From Deltaproteobacteria bacterium (GTDB lineage Bacteria > Bdellovibrionota_B > Oligoflexia > Oligoflexales > Bog-1112), in assembly GCA_016186945.1 (NCBI GenBank), contig JACPKR010000004.1, positions 4,246 to 68,245 on the forward strand: a stretch of DNA of 64,000 bases, in the 5' to 3' direction. Both the position numbers and the translations under genes were made by a program. Within the stretch, counting starts at the first letter, position 1; each line of letters starts with the position of its first letter. Of this stretch, positions 7,871-17,206 are shown piece by piece. The notes below the pieces were generated by a model. That model saw only the letters and a program-made list of their open reading frames with translations, was not told the origin of the DNA and did no database searches.

Positions 7871-10125
7871 TGAATTTTCCGTTTCCAAAAACCTACGACG
7901 AGAGACGGCGCGTCGTCGAATTCGCTGTGATTCTCCTGTGTGCGGTTTTGCTGATCGCTATAAGTCGGCTGGAAGTCCGTCTATTTTCCCTCGGCGAATT
8001 ACTTTCCGCCAATCGTGAATTTTTCACTACCCTGGTTTATTTTGCCCTGATCAATCTGAACGTTATCTTGATCCTGATTTTAAGCTTCTTGATTTTCCGT
8101 AACTTGACGAAGTTAGTACTGGAGCGGCGGAGGGGGATGCTCGGTTCGAAGCTTCGCTCGAAGCTGGTTGTTTCGCTAGTATTTTTCGCTCTGGCACCTA
8201 CTCTTCTTCTTTTTTATGTAACGACGCAGTTTATCATGACGAGCTTTGAAACCTGGTTTTCAGAGAAGGTTCAGACAACCATTCAAAAGACGCAGGAGGC
8301 TGGTTCTCATATTTATAAGCAGGATCAGAAGCGTCTGGCAAGTCTAGCTCGGATCGCCCTTCAGCGGGTTGTCTTGCAAGGCCCGGCGGAAATTTTCGCA
8401 GATGAAAACACGGTGATTGATGCGAAGGCCCTGACGGGTTTTGATACGGACTACGGGCTTAATTCTTTGCGTATTTATGGGATAGACGGCTCGATCATTT
8501 GGGCTAGCGATAAAAGCGATAAAGAGGGAGCAGGATATTTTTCTACTGGCGGGGTTTATCCGCGAGACGTTATCCGCCTGTTTCTGCGTGAACCCGACCT
8601 CAAGTCTCACAGCCGTGTGGTCGGGGAGGAAGGTCAGGATGTTGTCCTAGGGGGAGCACCCCTGCGGGAACCGTCCAACCAACGATTGCTGGCTGTGGTG
8701 ATTGCCGAAGTGCGATTTGAGACGCAGATTTTGAAAAGCGTAGAACAGATTCTTGCGGATTTTGCCGACATCAAGCCCGGAGCCAATCTGATCCGCCTAA
8801 GCTACATGATCACAATTGTCATGATCGTTCTTCTCATAGTCTTTTCAGCAAGCTGGCTTGGATTCTATGTAGCTCGTGAAATTACAGGGCCTATTCAAAA
8901 TCTTGCGGAAGCGACAAGGGAAGTGGCTCTTGGAAATTACAGCGTAAATCTGCAAGCTTCATCTGACGATGAGGCGGGGCAACTTGTGAATTCGTTCAAC
9001 TCCATGACTCGCGACTTGCGTGATCAACGAAAAGTGACCGAACTGGCTCAAGCCCATTTGCAAGCGTCTAACGAGGAACTGGACCAGAAAAGGCAGTACC
9101 TGGAAATTGTTCTCAAGCACATTGCCGCAGGGGTGATCGCCCTGGACTCAAGGCAACGCGTGACTTCTGTGAACGCCGCCGCGGAGAAAATTCTGAAAGT
9201 GAAAGCGACGGATCTTATAGGCCACCACGCACAGATAGGCTTTGGCCAGGAACTTTACGAAGCGTTCTGGCAGCCGCTGGTGGAGGGCTTAGCCGACAGT
9301 GGAAGTTTCCACGGCCAGGTGGAACTGAGCAAGATCGGGCGGGAACTAACGCTTATTGTCAATGCGCTGCGCCTTCATGATGAAAACGACGTGGAAATGG
9401 GCTATGTGATCGTTTTTGACGATGCTCTTGCCAAACTTCGTGCGCAGCGGGTGCTTGCGTGGCGGGAAGTGGCGCGCCGAATTGCACATGAAATCAAAAA
9501 TCCCATAACACCCATTAAACTCAACGCACAGAGGTTAGTGAGGAAATTTCATGACCGATTCGAGGAGAAAGATCAGGAAATTTTTGAAACCTGTATGGAG
9601 ACAATTGTCACTCAGGTAGACTCACTGCGGGATCTGGTGAATGAATTTACGAAGTTTTCCAAACTTCCCAGTATCAATCCCAAGCCTGAAGATGTAGGGA
9701 CGGTTGTGGCCGATGCGGTGAAACTCTTTCGTATGAGTTACGGAGACATTGATTTTGAGGTTTTAGGAACAGAGGGACTTCCTCGCTTCCCGGTCGATAA
9801 AGAGCAGCTAAATCGTGCGCTGGTCAATATTCTTGGCAACGCCGTATCGTCTCTTCAAGAAGGGAGGAAGGGGCGCATAGAGGTGCGCTGCCAGTTCCTC
9901 AACGACTTGAAACTGGTGCGGATTGAAGTGGCTGACAATGGGTGCGGGGTGCCAAACGAATTGAAAGAACGGGTGCTGGAACCGTACTTTTCAACGAAAG
10001 ATGAGGGGACAGGCTTGGGTTTGGCAATCGTCCATCAAATTATCACCGATCATGGGGGGTATTTGAGACTGACTGATAATCATCCTCAGGGTACCGTGAT
10101 TATTATCGAGTTACCAATTGCCTAG
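7870..10125 (+). CDS. NtrY-like membrane sensor histidine kinase (multi-TM, HAMP, PAS, HisKA, HATPase_c)
   Basis: ORF 7867..10125. It shows H-box ARRIAHEIKNPITPIKLNAQRL, N-box NILGNAVSSL, G1 VADNGCGVP and G2 GTGLGLAIVHQII, with hydrophobic N-terminal segments and a HAMP-like region. Confidence 0.85.
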   Translation: MNFPFPKTYDERRRVVEFAVILLCAVLLIAISRLEVRLFSLGELLSANREFFTTLVYFALINLNVILILILSFLIFRNLTKLVLERRRGMLGSKLRSKLVVSLVFFALAPTLLLFYVTTQFIMTSFETWFSEKVQTTIQKTQEAGSHIYKQDQKRLASLARIALQRVVLQGPAEIFADENTVIDAKALTGFDTDYGLNSLRIYGIDGSIIWASDKSDKEGAGYFSTGGVYPRDVIRLFLREPDLKSHSRVVGEEGQDVVLGGAPLREPSNQRLLAVVIAEVRFETQILKSVEQILADFADIKPGANLIRLSYMITIVMIVLLIVFSASWLGFYVAREITGPIQNLAEATREVALGNYSVNLQASSDDEAGQLVNSFNSMTRDLRDQRKVTELAQAHLQASNEELDQKRQYLEIVLKHIAAGVIALDSRQRVTSVNAAAEKILKVKATDLIGHHAQIGFGQELYEAFWQPLVEGLADSGSFHGQVELSKIGRELTLIVNALRLHDENDVEMGYVIVFDDALAKLRAQRVLAWREVARRIAHEIKNPITPIKLNAQRLVRKFHDRFEEKDQEIFETCMETIVTQVDSLRDLVNEFTKFSKLPSINPKPEDVGTVVADAVKLFRMSYGDIDFEVLGTEGLPRFPVDKEQLNRALVNILGNAVSSLQEGRKGRIEVRCQFLNDLKLVRIEVADNGCGVPNELKERVLEPYFSTKDEGTGLGLAIVHQIITDHGGYLRLTDNHPQGTVIIIELPIA

Positions 10126-10185
10126 CCAAGGAATTTCTTGGAGGAACCAGCTGCGCAGTTTCCTCCAAACCACCTCCTTGCCCCA
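10126..10185 (+). repeat. Family A repeat copy (module M3: hairpin plus anti-SD-like tail) between the kinase and regulator genes
   Basis: ccaaggaatttcTTGGAGGAAccagctgcgcagtTTCCTCCAAaccacctccttgcccca. The 9-bp stem is 10138-10146 / 10160-10168 with a 13-nt loop. The copy starts immediately after the TAG at 10123-10125. Confidence 0.85.
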
Positions 10186-10209
10186 TGCAGCTTTTTCTAA
10201 GGACCTAAG

Positions 10210-11604
10210 ATGAGCAATTCAAGCAACACAAAAAAGTACCTTGCCCTCATCGTCGACGATGAGAAAAGCATCTGCGATACCCTTGCGGGCGTGCTCTCAG
10301 ATGAGGGATGGGAGAGTGTGAGCGCATACACGGGGAAGGACGGACTGGATATTTTCAAAAAGCAGCCTGTCGACCTCGTTTTCCTTGATGTGTGGATGAA
10401 GAAAATGGATGGCATCCAGGCGCTTCAGAAAATGAAGGAAATACGAGAAGACACCCTCATCGTTGTCATGAGTGGACATGGGAACATTGAAACAGCTGTG
10501 AAAGCGACGAAACTCGGAGCCTTCGATTTTCTTGAAAAGCCGCTCTCTCTCGAAAAAATACTCCCCATCCTCGACCATATAGAAACCAAGAAGAAGGAAG
10601 AAAAGGAACCAGCGAGTGTGGCAGCCAAAGGCTACGAGCTGATCGGAATCTCGGACGATATTGCTTCAGTCCATCGACAAATCAAGATGATTGCACGTCG
10701 TAACAGTTGGGTGCTCATTACGGGAGAAAATGGGACGGGGAAGGAAGTCGTAGCACGTAACATTCACCTGCAAAGTCTGAGGGCCGACAAAAACTTCGTG
10801 GCGGTCAACTGCGCCGCTATCCCTGAGGAACTTATAGAAAGCGAATTGTTTGGTTATACGAAGGGGGCTTTCACGCACGCCATTCAGTCAAAAATGGGCA
10901 AGTTCGAGTTAGCCCACCATGGGACGCTCTTTCTTGACGAAATTGGCGACATGTCACTAAAGACACAGGCAAAAATTTTGAGGATTTTGCAGGAGCAGTC
11001 CTTCCAGCGCCTGGGGGACAATAAGACGATTTCTGTCGACGTCCGGGTGGTCGCCGCCACAAACAAGAACCTACAGGAAGAGATTGAGAGAGGTAGTTTT
11101 CGCGAAGACCTATTCTACCGTTTGAAAGTGATCCCCATTCACATGACCCCCCTGCGAGATAGGAACGAGGACATTCCGGTACTCTGTCAGCATTTTCTGA
11201 GCAGGACAGCAGATGAATTTGGTGAAGAGACAAAGGCGATGTCGGAGGAGGCTCTGGAGTTCTTCCGGCACTACCACTGGCCTGGTAACGCGAGAGAGCT
11301 GAAGAATATGATCGAGCGCCTTTGCATTATGGTCCCCGGGACGACGATAAAGGAAGACGATGTTCGCGAGCTTATCGCGATCAAACCAGGACAGGAAGAG
11401 CAAGGAAGCTCCATGACCGTCTTTGGAGATACTTTGAAGGAAGCTCGGTCGAGGTTTGAGAAGTCGTTCATCATTGATAAACTTGAAGAAAATGAGTGGA
11501 ATATTTCCAAGACCGCCGAAGCAATCGGTTTGGAACGGAGCAATCTCCACCGCAAGATGCGCCTTTATGATATCGAGCTGAAGCGTCGTCGCTTGCAAAA
11601 TTAG
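10210..11604 (+). CDS. NtrX/NtrC-type response regulator (REC + AAA+ sigma54-interaction domain + Fis-type HTH) with a variant GAFTGA loop
   Basis: REC domain (LIVDDE..FLDVWMKKMDG), Walker A GENGTGKEV, a GAFTHA loop at 10864-10881, Walker B LFLDEIGD, an R-finger region and the C-terminal HTH NISKTAEAIGLERSNLHRKMR. Confidence 0.9.
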   Translation: MSNSSNTKKYLALIVDDEKSICDTLAGVLSDEGWESVSAYTGKDGLDIFKKQPVDLVFLDVWMKKMDGIQALQKMKEIREDTLIVVMSGHGNIETAVKATKLGAFDFLEKPLSLEKILPILDHIETKKKEEKEPASVAAKGYELIGISDDIASVHRQIKMIARRNSWVLITGENGTGKEVVARNIHLQSLRADKNFVAVNCAAIPEELIESELFGYTKGAFTHAIQSKMGKFELAHHGTLFLDEIGDMSLKTQAKILRILQEQSFQRLGDNKTISVDVRVVAATNKNLQEEIERGSFREDLFYRLKVIPIHMTPLRDRNEDIPVLCQHFLSRTADEFGEETKAMSEEALEFFRHYHWPGNARELKNMIERLCIMVPGTTIKEDDVRELIAIKPGQEEQGSSMTVFGDTLKEARSRFEKSFIIDKLEENEWNISKTAEAIGLERSNLHRKMRLYDIELKRRRLQN

Positions 11605-11623
11605 AAAGGCAGGGGGGAAGTCC

Positions 11624-12838
11624 ATGATGGGCAAGAACTTGACGGCCGTTCGTGATCGGAACGGTCTAGTGATTTCCGGATTTTCGCAACCGATTGGGGA
11701 AAGGGAAGCATGGCAGGTTTCTTCCTTCAATGAAGACTTTCTGCTGGCTAAGAAGGCTGCAGCGTCTACGGATACTGTGATGGGGGCATCGTTTTGTTCT
11801 ACGGATGTTTTTGCGGACTTCCTTTTGGGGATGCACCTTCGCAAGTGGAGCGGAGCGGTCGTGATCGACTCCGGCTATGGGGAGAAACGCCTCTACCTTC
11901 GCGACGGGGAGCTTGTTTTTGCCACTTCCGACCTTTTCGACGACAGGTTGGGGGAAATTGCGTACCGCAAGGGAATGATCACGCTCGACCAATTGACGGA
12001 ATCCGCAGCGAAAGTGACCCGAGGCTTGAGGTTTGGCCAGGTTAGCGTGCGCTCGGGAATTTTTACCGACTTTGAACTGTGGTTGGCCTTGAAAGAGCAG
12101 GTTAAGGAAATTCTGAAATCTGTTTTTATGGTCGATTCGGTTTACTTTGAATTGGGTGCGGGACGACATGAAAGTTCAGAAGTTATTTTTAGCGAAGGGG
12201 CGGCATCTCTGGTCGAATCGTGCTATGGATACGGCGCTATGTTTAGAAGTTTCGTGGAAACACTGAAGCCAACGAGCTGGGTAACGATGCAGAACCCGGC
12301 GCGTGCGGAAGAGGGAACGTTCCTGGGTGATCTGATTGCGATCATTGGGCGAAGGATTTCCGTAAAGGATTTCATCAATCAGTCGAAGCTTCAACGTCCC
12401 TACATCCTAAGTGCTCTCATGGACCTTGTGAATAGAGGAGTTTGCCTGATAGAGGAAGCCAAGGTGCGAACTTTCGACGAGTACGGCCCCAAGTTGTTTG
12501 CCATCCGCAAGCTTGTGAAAGCGTATGAAATCGCTGTCAAGATTGCACAGAAAGCTTTCGAGGACGAGAGTATGCTTTTCCCGATCGCTGATTTGCGCAG
12601 TCTTGTCAGTTCCTTCAACATAGACATGCCTGTCTTTTTTCTCGACCCGTCCGGAAATATCAGCCCTGAGTCGACGTATAGTATCTACAGTCAGTGTTCC
12701 TTCGTCAAAGGGCGGTACGAATTTTTCGAGATTAGAATCAAAAGCTTAATTGAATTCCTGGTGCAAGTGACAGGCGATCATCTTTCGGATGCTGTGGTCA
12801 GGCAAATCCGTTCCTCCATCCGGGAATATTACGCGTGA
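11624..12838 (+). CDS. Hypothetical protein, DUF4388 (PatA-N-like) N-terminal region
   Basis: A 404-aa ORF starting 20 nt after the regulator gene. The segment WSGAVVIDSGYGEKRLYLRDGELVFATSDLFDDRLGEIAYRKGMITLDQL resembles the DUF4388 pattern as I remember it. Its stop overlaps the next start. Confidence 0.5.
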   Translation: MMGKNLTAVRDRNGLVISGFSQPIGEREAWQVSSFNEDFLLAKKAAASTDTVMGASFCSTDVFADFLLGMHLRKWSGAVVIDSGYGEKRLYLRDGELVFATSDLFDDRLGEIAYRKGMITLDQLTESAAKVTRGLRFGQVSVRSGIFTDFELWLALKEQVKEILKSVFMVDSVYFELGAGRHESSEVIFSEGAASLVESCYGYGAMFRSFVETLKPTSWVTMQNPARAEEGTFLGDLIAIIGRRISVKDFINQSKLQRPYILSALMDLVNRGVCLIEEAKVRTFDEYGPKLFAIRKLVKAYEIAVKIAQKAFEDESMLFPIADLRSLVSSFNIDMPVFFLDPSGNISPESTYSIYSQCSFVKGRYEFFEIRIKSLIEFLVQVTGDHLSDAVVRQIRSSIREYYA

Positions 12839-13584
12839 AGGAAAAGAAGGAAACCCGAAAGGACGGAAACCAGTTTACCATAGAAGGCCTCTCAGCCCTG
12901 TCGGAGTTTGTGAAATTCAGGCCTGATCGCATTCGTCAAATCTTCTGCAAACAATCAGCAGAGGGAAAAGTTAGACGGCTCTTGAGCGATTGTTCCCAGC
13001 AAAAGCTCCCGCTTCAAGTTCTCAACGAGATGGACAAGCGAGACAGGGGACCAGTCTCTGCCTTAGTAGAAGTTCATGTCGTTGATTTCCAAACCGCCCA
13101 GCAACGATTTCAAAAACGAGCGGGGGCTGATCTGGTTCTTGCCCTTGACCATATTGTGGACCCCAGAAATCTGGGTGCGATTGTGCGGTCGGCTGCCTTC
13201 TTCGGTGTACGAGAAGTGATTGTCCCTCGAACGCGGCAAGTTCTGTTGACAGAAGCGTCGGTAGGAACGTCCCAGGGAGCTTTTGCTCTGACTGATTTGG
13301 TTCTGGTGCCGAACCTGGTCCGTGCTTTGGAAATTCTTAAAGATTTTGGTTACTGGATCCTCGCCGCAGATGGGGAGGGAGAAGCGTTTCAAAAAAATGT
13401 TGGCATGTTTGACAAAGTTGTTTTAGTCCTTGGCGCCGAACAGGACGGTGTGTCAGCGCTAGTGAAAAAGAAGGCTGACAAGCTTATTGGCATCACCGGC
13501 GCAAAACGTTCAGTCGAGTCTTTGAATGTCAGTGTTGCAGCGGGTATACTCTTGCATAGTTTTTCGCACTCCACCGTTTCTTGA
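12835..13584 (+). CDS. SpoU/TrmH-family RNA 2'-O-methyltransferase (RlmB-like)
   Basis: GTG start. SpoU motifs are present: LALDHIVDPRNLGAIVRSAAFFG, VLVLGAEQDGVS, SLNVSVAAGILLH. Confidence 0.8.
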   Translation: MKEKKETRKDGNQFTIEGLSALSEFVKFRPDRIRQIFCKQSAEGKVRRLLSDCSQQKLPLQVLNEMDKRDRGPVSALVEVHVVDFQTAQQRFQKRAGADLVLALDHIVDPRNLGAIVRSAAFFGVREVIVPRTRQVLLTEASVGTSQGAFALTDLVLVPNLVRALEILKDFGYWILAADGEGEAFQKNVGMFDKVVLVLGAEQDGVSALVKKKADKLIGITGAKRSVESLNVSVAAGILLHSFSHSTVS

Positions 13585-13607
13585 CCTTTTGAGGTAGCTG
13601 GGATAAT
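13581..13607 (+). promoter_or_regulatory. Possible sigma70-type promoter for the tRNA-tuf operon
   Basis: TTGACC at 13581-13586 and GATAAT at 13602-13607, about 35 nt upstream of tRNA-Thr. The 15-nt spacer is shorter than optimal. Confidence 0.3.
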
Positions 13608-13641
13608 TAAAACCATCTCTCTCGAAAGAGTCGGGACTTGG

Positions 13642-13717
13642 GCTGGCTTAGCTCAGCTGGTAGAGCGGCTGATTTGTAATCAGCAGGTCGTAGGTTCGAT
13701 TCCTATAGCCAGCTCCA
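13642..13717 (+). tRNA. thrU: tRNA-Thr (anticodon TGT)
   Basis: Cloverleaf read by eye: acceptor gctggct/agccagc, anticodon loop tttgtaa, T-arm ggttcgattcc, encoded CCA. Confidence 0.93.
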
Positions 13718-13727
13718 TGTAATAACC

Positions 13728-13813
13728 GGAGGGGTGCCCGAGTGGCCAAAGGGGGCGGGCTGTAAACCCGCTGACGTACGTCTTCATAGGTTCAAATCCT
13801 ATCCCCTCCACCA
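13728..13813 (+). tRNA. tyrU: tRNA-Tyr (anticodon GTA), long variable arm
   Basis: Acceptor ggagggg/cccctcc, anticodon loop ctgtaaa, long extra arm, T-arm ggttcaaatcc, encoded CCA. Confidence 0.93.
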
Positions 13814-13822
13814 GTCAACAAA

Positions 13823-13899
13823 GCGGGAGTAGCTCAGCTGGCTAGAGCATTAGCCTTCCAAGCTAAGGGTCGCGGGTTCGAATCCCGTCTCCCGCTCCA
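13823..13899 (+). tRNA. glyT: tRNA-Gly (anticodon TCC)
   Basis: Acceptor gcgggag/ctcccgc, anticodon stem-loop ttagc-cttccaa-gctaa, T-arm gggttcgaatccc, encoded CCA. Confidence 0.93.
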
Positions 13900-13968
13900 T
13901 TGTCTCCGACGGCCAGAAACCTACGGTTTCCGGACTTCCTTTCAAGGGAGTGTCGTTCAGATAAGGAC

Positions 13969-14043
<75 letters not shown>

Positions 14044-14160
14044 CAAAATTCGGTAGCATTTTTTGCTCAATTCTGGGATACAAGGCGTTCGACATCATGT
14101 TACCATGTTTAGTTAATGATATCAGTGATGACAGAAGTCATTACTCTTTGGAGGAAAGAA

Positions 14161-15354
14161 ATGGCTAAGGCAAAGTTCGAGCGAAAAAAACCACATGTGA
14201 ACATAGGTACCATTGGCCATGTGGACCACGGAAAGACAACACTTACAGCTGCCATTACAAAGGTTATGTCCTTTGTTACGGGAAGCGCTTTTACAAAATT
14301 TGACGAGATCGACAAGGCGCCAGAAGAGAAGGCGCGCGGTATCACGATCGCGTCCTCACACGTTGAGTATGAGAGTCCCAAACGTCACTACGCACACGTT
14401 GACTGCCCGGGTCACGCCGACTACGTCAAAAACATGATCACCGGGGCTGCCCAAATGGACGGCGCCATTCTTGTTGTCAGTGCTTCTGACGGTCCCATGC
14501 CTCAGACTCGCGAGCATATCCTGCTAGCCCGCCAAGTTGGTGTGCCTAAGATTGTTGTATTCCTTAATAAAGTAGACATGGTGGAAGACGAGGAACTCCT
14601 TGAACTTGTAGAAATGGAGATCCGCGAGCTTCTTAACACATATCAGTTCCCTGGGGACGAGACCCCCATCATCCGCGGTTCTGCTCTCAAAGCTTTGGAA
14701 GCTGATAAAGTCGATGACCCTTGGGCAAAGAAAATTGTCGAACTGATCGAAACTTGTGACTCCTATGTTCCCGTGCCAAAGCGGGACTTGGACAAAGACT
14801 TCCTCATGCCCATTGAAGACGTCTTCTCAATTTCTGGACGCGGTACCGTAGTAACGGGTCGTGTGGAGACAGGGATTGTAAAAGTAGGCGATGAGCTTGA
14901 AATCATTGGTATCCGCGAAACGGTCAAAACAACCTGCACGGGGATTGAGATGTTTAGAAAACTTCTCGATCAAGGTCAGGCCGGCGATAACGTCGGTGTT
15001 CTTCTCCGCGGTGTAAAAAGGGAAGATGTTTTGCGCGGACAGGTTTTAGCAAAACCAGGGACGATTAAGCCTCACACGAAATTCAAGGCAAAAGTCTATG
15101 TTCTAACAAAAGAAGAAGGCGGTCGACACACCCCTTTCTTCAAGGGTTATAGACCTCAGTTCTACTTCCGCACAACGGACGTAACAGGATCTGTGAAACT
15201 TCCTGAGGCTGTAGAGATGGTGATGCCGGGGGATAACGTCGATATGGATGTCGAATTGATCAACCCTATCGCCATGGACGCCGAAGTTCGTTTCGCTATC
15301 CGCGAGGGTGGTCGTACGGTAGGTGCTGGTGTCGTTGCGCAAGTGATTGAGTAA
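14161..15354 (+). CDS. tuf: Elongation factor Tu
   Basis: [49 protein letters not shown] precedes ATG 14161. The ORF-track start at 14116 is an upstream extension. Confidence 0.98.
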   Translation: MAKAKFERKKPHVNIGTIGHVDHGKTTLTAAITKVMSFVTGSAFTKFDEIDKAPEEKARGITIASSHVEYESPKRHYAHVDCPGHADYVKNMITGAAQMDGAILVVSASDGPMPQTREHILLARQVGVPKIVVFLNKVDMVEDEELLELVEMEIRELLNTYQFPGDETPIIRGSALKALEADKVDDPWAKKIVELIETCDSYVPVPKRDLDKDFLMPIEDVFSISGRGTVVTGRVETGIVKVGDELEIIGIRETVKTTCTGIEMFRKLLDQGQAGDNVGVLLRGVKREDVLRGQVLAKPGTIKPHTKFKAKVYVLTKEEGGRHTPFFKGYRPQFYFRTTDVTGSVKLPEAVEMVMPGDNVDMDVELINPIAMDAEVRFAIREGGRTVGAGVVAQVIE

Positions 15355-15381
15355 GTAAGTAGATGCGATAAAAATCTGCGA

Positions 15382-15454
15382 AGGCGAGTAGCTCCAATGG
15401 TAGAGCGGCGGATTCCAAATCCGCATGTTGGGGGTTCGAGTCCCTCCTCGCCTG
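15382..15454 (+). tRNA. tRNA-Trp (anticodon CCA), CCA end not encoded
   Basis: Acceptor aggcgag/ctcgcct, anticodon stem-loop gcgga-ttccaaa-tccgc, T-arm gggttcgagtccc. Confidence 0.92.
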
Positions 15455-15493
15455 CGCATAAGCGAGAAACATATTCAACCTGAGGTGCCTGTC

Positions 15494-15874
15494 ATGGGCA
15501 AAGATGATGCTACCTGGCTCAATATTTGTTACGTGATCTTCGCTATCATCATGGCCTATGTCGGCTTCAAATTCATTGCAACTTTAGGCATTCAGCTAGG
15601 TTGGACGGATCGATACGATGAATGGTTCCCCTCTGTGAACAATATCGGAGGGCTTGCCATAGGTGCTGCGGCAGCTCTCTGGTTACGGGCGGCTGTTCCC
15701 CGAAGGGAGTATCATGAGTCCGCCATCAGCGAGGTTCGTAAGGTAACGTGGCCAAGTTTTGAAGATACCAAGAAGATGACTGTTATCGTGGCGGTAGTGG
15801 TAGCTATCTTTTCTGTTATTCTCGCCGCGTTCGATATTTTGTGGGCAAAGGTTTTACAGTTTATTCTACCCTAA
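15494..15874 (+). CDS. secE: Preprotein translocase subunit SecE (3-TM form)
   Basis: [10 protein letters not shown]... with the C-terminal SecE signature [35 protein letters not shown]. The ORF-track start at 15425 lies inside tRNA-Trp and is rejected. Confidence 0.9.
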   Translation: MGKDDATWLNICYVIFAIIMAYVGFKFIATLGIQLGWTDRYDEWFPSVNNIGGLAIGAAAALWLRAAVPRREYHESAISEVRKVTWPSFEDTKKMTVIVAVVVAIFSVILAAFDILWAKVLQFILP

Positions 15875-15926
15875 GAGCATACGGTTAAATCCCGCGCTCT
15901 GGGGTGGCGACATTGAGGAAGGTTCC

Positions 15927-16592
15927 TTGGCGGAGCAAAATCTAAAAGCAAACGAAAAGGGTGAAGGGGATGTCGTGGTGGATCACAACGCCGGTACATT
16001 GAAAGCCCAGGATCCCCGAGAGGAAACTGTGGATAAGGACAAATTCACGGATCCTCGGTTTAAATGGTACATCGTCAACACCTATTCGGGTTCCGAAGAG
16101 ACGGTGAGAAATTCTCTCATCGAGAGGGTCGGCAAAGCTCACCTAGAGGAGCAGTTCGGCGAGATTTACGTCCCCAAGACTTCGGTTGAGAAGGTTCTCA
16201 AGAGTGGTAAGAAAAAGAAAATAGACAAAACGTCTTTCCCAGGTTATTTACTCGTCCAGATGACCCTCAGTGATCAGAGCATGGCGTGTGTGACCAACAC
16301 TCCCAAGGTGACGGGTTTTGTGGGTAACCGCAGAAATCCTCGTCCCATGCCCATTCGTGAGGTTCTGCATCTGATTGACCGCACGCTTGCCGCGCAGGCG
16401 AAGATTGAAGCAAGCGCAGCCATGACCTTTACCAAAGGTGAGTCGGTGAAAGTGACGGATGGACCTTTTACCAACTTCGACGGAGTGGTCGAAGAAGTTC
16501 GTGCGGACAAGATGAAAGTGAAGGTTTTGGTAAGTATTTTCGGTCGAGAAACCCCTGTCGAGCTAAACTTTTCCCAGGTGGCCAAGACTTAA
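15927..16592 (+). CDS. nusG: Transcription termination/antitermination factor NusG
   Basis: TTG start after GAGGAAGG. NGN region [23 protein letters not shown], and KOW region [21 protein letters not shown]. The position between secE and rplK fits. Confidence 0.95.
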   Translation: MAEQNLKANEKGEGDVVVDHNAGTLKAQDPREETVDKDKFTDPRFKWYIVNTYSGSEETVRNSLIERVGKAHLEEQFGEIYVPKTSVEKVLKSGKKKKIDKTSFPGYLLVQMTLSDQSMACVTNTPKVTGFVGNRRNPRPMPIREVLHLIDRTLAAQAKIEASAAMTFTKGESVKVTDGPFTNFDGVVEEVRADKMKVKVLVSIFGRETPVELNFSQVAKT

Positions 16593-16721
16593 ATGGCTTC
16601 GACAAGACACTTCGCGATTGCGAAATCTTAAGAAACCGTTTGACTTTTTTTGAGGTTGTAATAAAAAACTCCTCCCTGCGACTTCCGCAAAGGACAAACA
16701 TTCTCTGAAGATATAGAGGAG

Positions 16722-17153
16722 ATGAAGGTGGCTAAGAAGGTTGCCAGTATCGTCAAATTGCAGATTCCAGCTGGAAAAGCAAGCCCAGCTCCCCCGGTCG
16801 GAACGGCGCTTGGACCACGCGGTGTGAATATCATGGGCTTCTGTAAGGATTTCAACGACCGCACCAAAAACCAGGCGGGATCAATTCTGCCGACCGTGAT
16901 TTCCATTTACGCTGACAAGACGTTCAGCTTCATCACGAAAAGTCCCCCCGCATCGGACCTCCTCAAAAAGGCCGCTAAAGTGGAAAAAGGTTCCCAGACT
17001 CCAGGAACGGCAGCCTCCGGTACAGTGACGAAGCAACAAGTCAAGGAAATCGCAGAACTGAAGATGAAAGACCTGAACGCTTATGACATCGACGCTGCTA
17101 TGAAAATCATCATGGGATCAGCCCGAAGCATGGGCCTGACAGTCGCCGAATAA
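16722..17153 (+). CDS. rplK: 50S ribosomal protein L11 (the true start may be GTG 16728)
   Basis: (MK)[43 protein letters not shown] is the canonical L11 N-terminus. Confidence 0.97.
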   Translation: MKVAKKVASIVKLQIPAGKASPAPPVGTALGPRGVNIMGFCKDFNDRTKNQAGSILPTVISIYADKTFSFITKSPPASDLLKKAAKVEKGSQTPGTAASGTVTKQQVKEIAELKMKDLNAYDIDAAMKIIMGSARSMGLTVAE

Positions 17154-17206
17154 CCTTCAAGTAGGAGAATCGCTAGCGCGGTTCGCATGCACTACGGAGA
17201 TTTGAA

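Noticed and set aside
11110-11844. A 244-aa minus-strand ORF antisense to the regulator and DUF4388 genes. Similar long antisense ORFs occur at 18233..18832, 20553..21338, 29374..29991 and 58225..58779
   Set aside because: All lie opposite strongly supported conserved genes (AAA+ regulator, rplJ/rplL, rpoB, fusA, flgL). Their composition is biased and repetitive, and they lack an SD. These are typical shadow ORFs.
14124-14145. A 9-bp hairpin with an AGAA loop (agtgatgac-agaa-gtcattact) immediately upstream of the tuf SD
   Set aside because: It could be a processing or stability element of the tRNA-tuf co-transcript. It is a single short AU-rich hairpin and I have no comparative support, so it is not reported as a feature.
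14116-15493. ORF-track N-terminal extensions of tuf (14116) and secE (15425)
   Set aside because: The tuf extension lacks an SD, and the canonical MAKAKFER start at 14161 has GGAGGA upstream. The secE extension starts inside tRNA-Trp.
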